NCBI GenBank assembly: GCA_037441365.1 | Contig: JBBISG010000001.1 | Location: forward strand, 18,961 to 82,960 | Origin: Nitrospirota bacterium | Lineage (GTDB): Bacteria > Nitrospirota > Thermodesulfovibrionia > Thermodesulfovibrionales > UBA9159 | Reading direction: 5' to 3' | DNA length: 64,000 bases | Shown here: positions 49,660 through 56,444 of the stretch, one piece after another | How positions within the stretch are numbered: the stretch's first letter is position 1 | How the letters are laid out: each line of letters starts with the position of its first letter | Translations under genes and position numbers: made by a program | Notes under the pieces: generated by a model | Databases searched by the model: none | Seen by the model: only the letters and a program-made list of their open reading frames with translations | Told to the model about the DNA's origin: nothing

Positions 49660-50400
49660 ATGAACAGGGATATTGTCATTGAAAGACCCCTCTTAGAACT
49701 GAAGAGTGTGACAAAGATATTCAATACCGACGCAGGTGATGTAGTAGCCCTCCAAGATGTCTCGTTAACCCTCAGCAAGGGGGAACTAATAGCATTAGTA
49801 GGCCCGAGTGGTTCTGGTAAGACGACGCTCCTCAATATAATGGGGGCCCTTGATAGACCGACGAGGGGTGAGGTATGGCTTGAGGACATTCGTATCGACG
49901 TTCTCTCAGAGCAGCAACTCGTTAATTTCAGGCGAGAGAAATTCAGTTTTGTCTTTCAGGATGCAAGACCGCTCAGGATGCTAAATGTCCTTGAAAATAC
50001 CCTTCTGCCTTTTAATTTCTTTAAACCCAGAAATAACTCGAAAAATATAAAGGAAGAGGCTATAAAAATAATAAAATCTCTGGGTTTGGAACACAGGGTC
50101 TACCATATGCCAAACCAGCTAAGCGGTGGTGAAAATCAAAGAGTTGCAATTGCGCGGGCATTAATAACAAAGCCTTCGATGATCCTGGCAGATGAACCAA
50201 CAGCCAATCTTGACAGAGAAAACAGACTCTTTGTGATAAAAACCTTTAGAAGACTAACCGAGGAAAAGGGGATTACTGTCGTAGTTTCAACGCATGATCT
50301 TGAGATAGCAAATTTTGCGGATAGAATAGCATATTTAAAGGATGGTGTTCTTTTAAATATCAACCCCCGGATTGTCCACCCACCGATAATTCTGCGCTAA
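49660..50400 (+). CDS. ABC transporter ATP-binding protein (second copy)
   Basis: GPSGSGKTTLL, LSGGENQRVAIARAL and ILADEPTANLD motifs. Confidence 0.9.
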   Translation: MNRDIVIERPLLELKSVTKIFNTDAGDVVALQDVSLTLSKGELIALVGPSGSGKTTLLNIMGALDRPTRGEVWLEDIRIDVLSEQQLVNFRREKFSFVFQDARPLRMLNVLENTLLPFNFFKPRNNSKNIKEEAIKIIKSLGLEHRVYHMPNQLSGGENQRVAIARALITKPSMILADEPTANLDRENRLFVIKTFRRLTEEKGITVVVSTHDLEIANFADRIAYLKDGVLLNINPRIVHPPIILR

Positions 50401-50430
50401 ACAATCAGCCTCTGCCGGGGAGAGGTAGCA

Positions 50431-51096
50431 GTGAAGTACTTTAAAGGGATTGGAAAGAAAAAATTAGTTTTATATTTTGCAGGCATAATTGTAGTTGTTC
50501 TTATCACTGATTTCTTTATTGGCAAAAGGCAACAGGCAATTATTGACGAAAGGGAGACAAAGATCAAAAGGCTCGAGAGGCAGGCATTCTACATGCTTTC
50601 TGCCGAGATTCGTGACATAAAGGAGACGGATAATATCAAAAAGACAGGAAGATACGAGGCATTGCTAAGGATAGATAATGTTGCTAATGAACCTGTATAT
50701 ATATCCCATCCACACATAAAGGCTTACATACAGACAGGAGAAATTTCATGGTCAGAGGTCCCTGTTCAGGATACGGAACCCCATAAAACAAGGCAGGTAT
50801 ATAAGATCGAACCAGAGAGCTATATCTTTTATAAAAAATGGATAACAGTTAACAGATCTATACCATATAACAAAAACCTTTTGCCTGAGTACATGCATGT
50901 AAGGTTTCATATATCCATGTATGTATTGCCTGAAAGTGGATTCAAAGGCGATGATGTTGTAGAACGGAAATCAACTACATATGTCTATCTCAAACCATAC
51001 TTTGTGAGCGACAAGGAGATCAGGAAGGCAATCGACTTTGGGGATACAAAGGTCCCCGTTTACATACCTATAACGGCTTTTAGGATATGGAAATAA
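50431..51096 (+). CDS. Membrane-anchored protein of unknown function, tandem paralog A
   Basis: 221 aa. GTG start with GGAGAGG RBS, N-terminal TM, charged helix, then a beta-rich domain with EPVYISHPHIKAYIQTG and YMHVRFHIS. Confidence 0.65.
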   Translation: MKYFKGIGKKKLVLYFAGIIVVVLITDFFIGKRQQAIIDERETKIKRLERQAFYMLSAEIRDIKETDNIKKTGRYEALLRIDNVANEPVYISHPHIKAYIQTGEISWSEVPVQDTEPHKTRQVYKIEPESYIFYKKWITVNRSIPYNKNLLPEYMHVRFHISMYVLPESGFKGDDVVERKSTTYVYLKPYFVSDKEIRKAIDFGDTKVPVYIPITAFRIWK

Positions 51097-51111
51097 GTGA
51101 GAGGGAAAGAA

Positions 51112-51756
51112 ATGAAAGGTTACTCAATGATAGCCAGAAAAAGAAAGGCAATAACGGTTATCTTTGGAATATTACTTCTCCTTTTCCTTGTTGACCAGTA
51201 TATCGGTAGTAAAGAGAGGGCGATCATCCGTGAAAGAGAAGCAAAGAGGGAAAGGCTCGAGAAGCTTGCCTTCTTTATGATCTTCCCTGATATAAGTGAT
51301 GTAAAAGACATAAAGGATAAGCCGGAAAAGTATGAGGCAATAATAAAAGTAGAAAATTTAACCGATGAACCTGTATATATCACACATCCTGAAGTCAAGG
51401 CATACGTGCAAACAGGCACATTCTGGACAGAAGTGCCAGTTCATGAAGACAAAAATGAAAAGAAAGAGCAGATATACAGACTTGATCATGGCATACATCT
51501 TTATAAAAAGGTCATAACCATAAACCGCAATATTAAGTATACCTATTATATGATGCCCTATTATATGCATGTGAGGTTTCACATCTCCTTCTTCGTATTA
51601 CCTGAGAGCGCATTTAAAGAGGAGGAGGTTGTAGAGAGATATACCGATGTATATATCTACCTGAAACCTTATTTTGTTAATAAAGAACTAATTTCTAAGG
51701 AACTCAAATTTCCTGATAATAAGGTACCGGTCATGATACCAATGCCGCCACATTAA
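51112..51756 (+). CDS. Membrane-anchored protein of unknown function, tandem paralog B
   Basis: Colinear with paralog A (EPVYITHPEVKAYVQTG, YMHVRFHIS, VLPESAFK, YLKPYFV). Start ATG 51112, or GTG 51097. Confidence 0.65.
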   Translation: MKGYSMIARKRKAITVIFGILLLLFLVDQYIGSKERAIIREREAKRERLEKLAFFMIFPDISDVKDIKDKPEKYEAIIKVENLTDEPVYITHPEVKAYVQTGTFWTEVPVHEDKNEKKEQIYRLDHGIHLYKKVITINRNIKYTYYMMPYYMHVRFHISFFVLPESAFKEEEVVERYTDVYIYLKPYFVNKELISKELKFPDNKVPVMIPMPPH

Positions 51757-51785
51757 TTTATAAATAAAACCAGTAGGAGGTTAAG

Positions 51786-52205
51786 ATGAAAAAATGTGTT
51801 TATAATTGCACGGTAGCAATCAGTGTAATGCTGATCCTGATATTAACTTCTATCCTATACGCATTCGATAAGAAACAGGTAGTTACAGAACAAGGGTTCT
51901 ATCTCTTAACAGTAGAGGCTGTAACAAAGCCGATCAGGGTTGGCAAGAATACGTTTAAAATAATGACCGCTGACAGCAAGACAGGAAAGCCTGTTGGAGA
52001 AAAACTTGCCATAGAGGTTATCCCATGGATGCCAAAGCATGAACATGGGGTAACCGAGATGCCGATTATCAAAGAGATTGCGAAGGGAGTATATATTATG
52101 GAAGGAGTGAATTTCAGCATGCCTGGAGATTGGGAGGTATATATAAGAATAAAAAAGAATGGAAAAGAGGATACGGGTGTTTTTGATGTGAAGGTTGTTA
52201 AGTAG
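51786..52205 (+). CDS. YtkA/FixH-like Ig-fold periplasmic protein (candidate metallochaperone)
   Basis: 139 aa. N-terminal anchor or signal, then the pattern VGKNTFKI...D..TGKPV......V.PWMPKHEHG......G.Y......FSMPGDWEV.I typical of YtkA-like domains with Met/His sites. Confidence 0.6.
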   Translation: MKKCVYNCTVAISVMLILILTSILYAFDKKQVVTEQGFYLLTVEAVTKPIRVGKNTFKIMTADSKTGKPVGEKLAIEVIPWMPKHEHGVTEMPIIKEIAKGVYIMEGVNFSMPGDWEVYIRIKKNGKEDTGVFDVKVVK

Positions 52206-52216
52206 GAATCAAGGTA

Positions 52217-52298
52217 AAGGGTCAGGTCTACACACTTGTGTGCAAAGTCAATTGAAGTAAAGGTCAGGTTTACACACAAGTGTGTAGACCTGACCCTT
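52217..52298. repeat. Perfect 26-bp inverted repeat with a third direct half-site
   Basis: aagggtcaggtctacacacttgtgtg (52217-52242) is the exact reverse complement of 52273-52298. The 30-nt spacer carries aaggtcaggttta, a degenerate direct copy of the arm's first 14 nt (one gap, one mismatch); it continues into cacac in the right arm. Confidence 0.9.
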
Positions 52299-52360
52299 GC
52301 CCCTATAAAATTATCAAAGTTGAAAGGAAAATACAAAAGACCTCTTAAGGGTCACTGGCA

Positions 52361-52870
52361 ATGAAACTAAGAACTTCTAAAGTAAAGGTTTTTATATTAT
52401 TCTTTCCAATTCTCTTCAGTACAGCAATTAACTCTGATCGTGTATATACAAAGGCGAATGGCAATAGATATATAAATGTTACGATAAAGGATATTTTTTA
52501 TCGAGGGAATGAGGATTATGAAGTGAGAATACTCCTTATTAACAAAACCGATAAGTCAGTTTCAATTGATGAACTCGAATGTAAGTTTTATATTCAGACC
52601 GAAATTATCGGTCAGTGGAGAGAATTGAAGGGCAGAGGGCTGAACCCTCAGGGTTTCGTTCTGTCCGCTTCGCAAAAAGAGATTCAGACACTTATAAACA
52701 TCCCTATTGAGAATGTGTATAGAAACTTTGAAGGCGATATTAATCTGTTATTCACATACAGAGTAATCTTCCACATTAAAGGGTCGTCTAAAGACCTTAT
52801 TGATTCTGGAGAGTTTTTTTATTGGTTAAGACCGAAAACAAACATATGGATCCTCAGGGAGGGTATGTAA
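52361..52870 (+). CDS. Secreted protein of unknown function (distant relative of the 50.4-51.7 kb paralogs)
   Basis: 169 aa with a signal peptide. Motifs LINKTDKSVSIDEL..KFYIQTE are colinear with NxxxEPVYIxHP..KAYxQTG. Confidence 0.55.
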   Translation: MKLRTSKVKVFILFFPILFSTAINSDRVYTKANGNRYINVTIKDIFYRGNEDYEVRILLINKTDKSVSIDELECKFYIQTEIIGQWRELKGRGLNPQGFVLSASQKEIQTLINIPIENVYRNFEGDINLLFTYRVIFHIKGSSKDLIDSGEFFYWLRPKTNIWILREGM

Positions 52871-53193
52871 TGAAAATTAAGAAGAGGAAAAAAAACTGCT
52901 GGGAAGTTATGAAGTGCGGCAGAGAGCCAGGAGGGCAAAAAGTAAAAGAACTCGGGGTATGTCCTGTCCCGCTTTATGATCACCTGAACGGCGCTCATGG
53001 TGGTATTAATGCGGGAAGGGTTTGCTGGATAGTTGCCGGAACTATGTGTGGAGGTGAGATTGAGGGTAGTTTTGCAAAAAAATACGAAGATTGCAGAAAG
53101 TGCCCATTTTATCAACTCGTAAGAAATGAAGAAGGAGATCAATTTCTTATCACAGGTGATCTTATAAAATGGTTCTCAGAAAAAGATAAATAA
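52870..53193 (+). CDS. Cys-rich 'two-CW'-like domain protein
   Basis: 107 aa from ATG 52870, which overlaps the previous stop (TAATG). NCWEVMKCGRE...RVCWIVAGTMCGGE...CRKCPFY, 8 Cys in total. Confidence 0.6.
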   Translation: MKIKKRKKNCWEVMKCGREPGGQKVKELGVCPVPLYDHLNGAHGGINAGRVCWIVAGTMCGGEIEGSFAKKYEDCRKCPFYQLVRNEEGDQFLITGDLIKWFSEKDK

Positions 53194-54567
53194 TCAACTT
53201 ATGTCGTACTTCTTCATCTTCCTCCAGAGTGTTGTCCTGCCTATTCCGAGCTCTTTGCACACTTTGGTAAGGTTATGGGAGTGCTTTTCAATAGTTTTCA
53301 CCAGCAAATCCCTTTCCCATTCTTCAAATGTTTTTGGTCCGCCATAGTCATCAGACTGCGATTCCTGTACATTAAACAGCTGCACCGTAAAGCCAAGAGC
53401 TAAATCTTCTTTCTTTATAAGTGAGTCCTGACATAACGCCGCTGCACGCCATATGATGTTCTGGAGTTCTCTTATATTTCCATGATAATCGTGAGTATAC
53501 AAAAAGTCGAGGGCACCATTAGAGAACTTAAGGTCAGGCCTGCTAAGCTCTTTTTTGCAGGGATCAAGAAAATACTGGGCAAGTAGCGGGATGTCCTCTT
53601 TATGCTCTCGAAGAGGTGGTAGGTGTATACGGATTACATTTATCCTATAGTAAAGGTCCTCTCGAAATCTTCCTTCTTTTACAGCATGTTCGAGGTCTGT
53701 ATTTGTGGCAGCCAATATCCTGACATCTATTCTTTTGCTCTTATTACTGCCTACTCTTCGGATATGTCGATCTTGCAAAACATCAAGAAGTTTTGTTTGT
53801 ATAGTGATTGGCATACTACCTATTTCATCTAATAAAATAGACCCCTCATCTGCCTCTTCTATCAATCCTTTTCTTTCAAGATATGCTCCTGTAAAAGCCC
53901 CACGAATATGTCCGAATAATTCACTTTCGAATAAATTTTCTGGTACTGCAGCACAGTTTATAGAGATAAATGGCTTGTTAGCCCTTTTACTGAGGGCATG
54001 AATGGTCTTAGCCGCTAAGGTCTTTCCCGTGCCTGTCTCGCCTGTAATTAATACGGGTAGATCAACTTCTGATGCCTTCTTTATAAGAGACACCACAGCC
54101 TGAACCTGTCTGCTTTTGCCAATAAACGGAAGGTTTTCTCCCTCTCTTTTATAACTATTCAAAAATGAATCAATATCCCTTTTGTCATAAACATTGTTAA
54201 TAGCCTTTCTCACCCTGTGAAGGATCTCTTCATACTTGAAAGGCTTTGAGATATAGTCAAAGGCGCCCATCTTCATAGCAAGCACAGCAGACTCAACCGT
54301 GCCATATCCTGTCATTATGATTACCTCTGTAGAAGGATACCTCTCTTTAACATACAGAAGAAGATCAAGCCCTGTGCCTGGTGACATCTTGAGATCGGCA
54401 ATAACAGCATCAAAATGATCTTTGGCGAGAAGTTCGATAGCCTGTTCTCCATTTTCTGCTTCCTCCGCTAAAAAGCCAGCCTTCTTAAGGAGTATCGAGA
54501 GGCTTCTCCTCATTCCTGCCTGATCATCTACTATAAGAATTTTGTGCGTCAATGCCGTTGTAACCAA
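53194..54567 (-). CDS. Sigma-54-dependent response regulator (NtrC/AtoC family)
   Basis: 457 aa. REC domain (D in AVIADLKM), AAA+ domain with GETGTGK and GAFTGA, C-terminal Fis-type HTH. Confidence 0.92.
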   Translation of the reverse strand: MVTTALTHKILIVDDQAGMRRSLSILLKKAGFLAEEAENGEQAIELLAKDHFDAVIADLKMSPGTGLDLLLYVKERYPSTEVIIMTGYGTVESAVLAMKMGAFDYISKPFKYEEILHRVRKAINNVYDKRDIDSFLNSYKREGENLPFIGKSRQVQAVVSLIKKASEVDLPVLITGETGTGKTLAAKTIHALSKRANKPFISINCAAVPENLFESELFGHIRGAFTGAYLERKGLIEEADEGSILLDEIGSMPITIQTKLLDVLQDRHIRRVGSNKSKRIDVRILAATNTDLEHAVKEGRFREDLYYRINVIRIHLPPLREHKEDIPLLAQYFLDPCKKELSRPDLKFSNGALDFLYTHDYHGNIRELQNIIWRAAALCQDSLIKKEDLALGFTVQLFNVQESQSDDYGGPKTFEEWERDLLVKTIEKHSHNLTKVCKELGIGRTTLWRKMKKYDIS

Positions 54568-56282
54568 GGCTCCTCTGTGTCTTTTAAAAATGTTTTCTCA
54601 CCAATAATAACAGGTAAATGTAATATCACCGTTGTCCCCTCCCCAACCTTGCTCGATACCGTTATGTATCCACCATGTTCATGAACAATTTTCTGTGCAA
54701 TATTAAGCCCGATGCCGAGCCCCTTTTCTTTTGTGGTGAAGAAAGGCTCAAATGCACGAGAAATGGTCTCTGGAGACATCCCTACCCCTGAGTCCTCGAC
54801 CACCAATTCTACTTCACTTTCCAGTGGTTTATACCTTGTGCTGATGATCAAATCCCCTCCGTCTGGCATTGACTCTATCGAATTCAGAAAAATATTCAGC
54901 AGAGCCTGTTTGATATAGTTTCTATCAGTCAGAAGCATCGGAATGTCAGGATCAAAGAATTTAACAATCCTTACCCCAGACTCCTTCTTGTCAAGATGTA
55001 ATAAAGAAAAGACATCTTCTACTATAGAATGAATGTTTGTCTCAGTCTTTTTTAGTCTAAAAGACCTTGAAAAAGAAAGAAAGTCCTCGGTAAGTTTATT
55101 TAATCTTTCGAGTTCGGTTTCCACTATATAAATAAGTTCCAATTCGTCTGAACTGTACGACCCACACCTCTTTAAGACCTCTACTGAATTTGTAATTGCT
55201 CCTAAAGGATTTCTTATCTCATGAGCCAAAGCGGCTGCCATCTTACCCATTGATGCGAGCTTCTCGGATTCTTTCAGACGTTTTTGTGTTTCCTTTAATC
55301 TTTCATAAGCATCCATAATTTCAATATTCTTCTTTTTTATTGTTTCAATCAATTCTGTTAATTTAGCTCGGGATTTGTTAAGTCTAAAAAGTGTCTGCAT
55401 GAAACCATAAACCAGCCCTAACAGAAGACCTGTAGCTATGAGCACCTTTATAAAATGCCAATACCACCATACAGGATCCCACAATTTTGAAAAGACAAAT
55501 GATAGCTCACTCCCAAATAAGAGTAACGCCGCTGTAGCAAAGATTTGGTAAATTACATCGTTACTTTGCAGAAATCCCCTGATAAAGGTTAGGCCCGCTA
55601 TTAAGAAAAATATACTGGACAGAAAATTTATGCAATAAATAACATAGCTGAATTGGCCCTTTGCCATGGTCACAGGGGTATGATGCGGTAAGTGTGTTAC
55701 GAGAGCATCCGGTATAAGATAGTAAAATCTAATAGAAAGTAAAGCAAAAACAACTATTAAAGTAACCCCCAGAAGTATGTAGAACTTCCTTTTTAAAAGG
55801 GCATAACTGTTATTGTCATCGTTATTCTTCTCCACAATTAAAAGTGATAAGAAGAAAAATAAAGATCCAAAAAAGGCCCCGGATGAATGGAACCACACAA
55901 ACATGTTATGGCAGTATTCAGAAAAGGCATGGAAAAAATCGAGGATCCCCATAGAGAAAAAAGCGAAAGTAAGGAAGAGACTTTTTGCCTTACCAGAAGA
56001 AAGATATTCCAATGATAAAATTAGTCCGATAATAATAGATATCAATGCATAAAATGCTTCAAGAAATGAATGTGTTGGAGCGTTCACCCAGAAGGTATGT
56101 TCACTAAAGAAACTTTTGATAAAAAACTTGCTTAAAGGGATGAGTCCGACAATAATAATAGCTCCGAATGTTAATATAACAAGCCATCTCTTTATCGAAT
56201 CAGATATATTCTTAATGGTCTCATCAACAGTAAAATTTATGTTGTGCAGTAGTGGTTGTTTGAGATTTAAAGAAGCAAACAC
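54549..56282 (-). CDS. Sensor histidine kinase with a polytopic membrane sensor domain
   Basis: 577 aa. About 8 TM helices, coiled coil, H-box AHEIRNPL, HATPase (DSGVGM, GLGIGL). Overlaps the regulator gene by 19 nt. Confidence 0.9.
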   Translation of the reverse strand: MFASLNLKQPLLHNINFTVDETIKNISDSIKRWLVILTFGAIIIVGLIPLSKFFIKSFFSEHTFWVNAPTHSFLEAFYALISIIIGLILSLEYLSSGKAKSLFLTFAFFSMGILDFFHAFSEYCHNMFVWFHSSGAFFGSLFFFLSLLIVEKNNDDNNSYALLKRKFYILLGVTLIVVFALLSIRFYYLIPDALVTHLPHHTPVTMAKGQFSYVIYCINFLSSIFFLIAGLTFIRGFLQSNDVIYQIFATAALLLFGSELSFVFSKLWDPVWWYWHFIKVLIATGLLLGLVYGFMQTLFRLNKSRAKLTELIETIKKKNIEIMDAYERLKETQKRLKESEKLASMGKMAAALAHEIRNPLGAITNSVEVLKRCGSYSSDELELIYIVETELERLNKLTEDFLSFSRSFRLKKTETNIHSIVEDVFSLLHLDKKESGVRIVKFFDPDIPMLLTDRNYIKQALLNIFLNSIESMPDGGDLIISTRYKPLESEVELVVEDSGVGMSPETISRAFEPFFTTKEKGLGIGLNIAQKIVHEHGGYITVSSKVGEGTTVILHLPVIIGEKTFLKDTEEPWLQRH

Positions 56283-56444
56283 CTCTTACCCCTTCAATTA
56301 ATTTAATTTAGTTTTAATCAAACATCAAACTATATTTTATAATAATTACAGAATTGTTTGCTATCCGAGGTCTGAAATCAGAACGATGCAACATTATTCA
56401 TGTCGTATTGCAAGACCTGCACTGACCCCACCCTTTTGGAGGTT

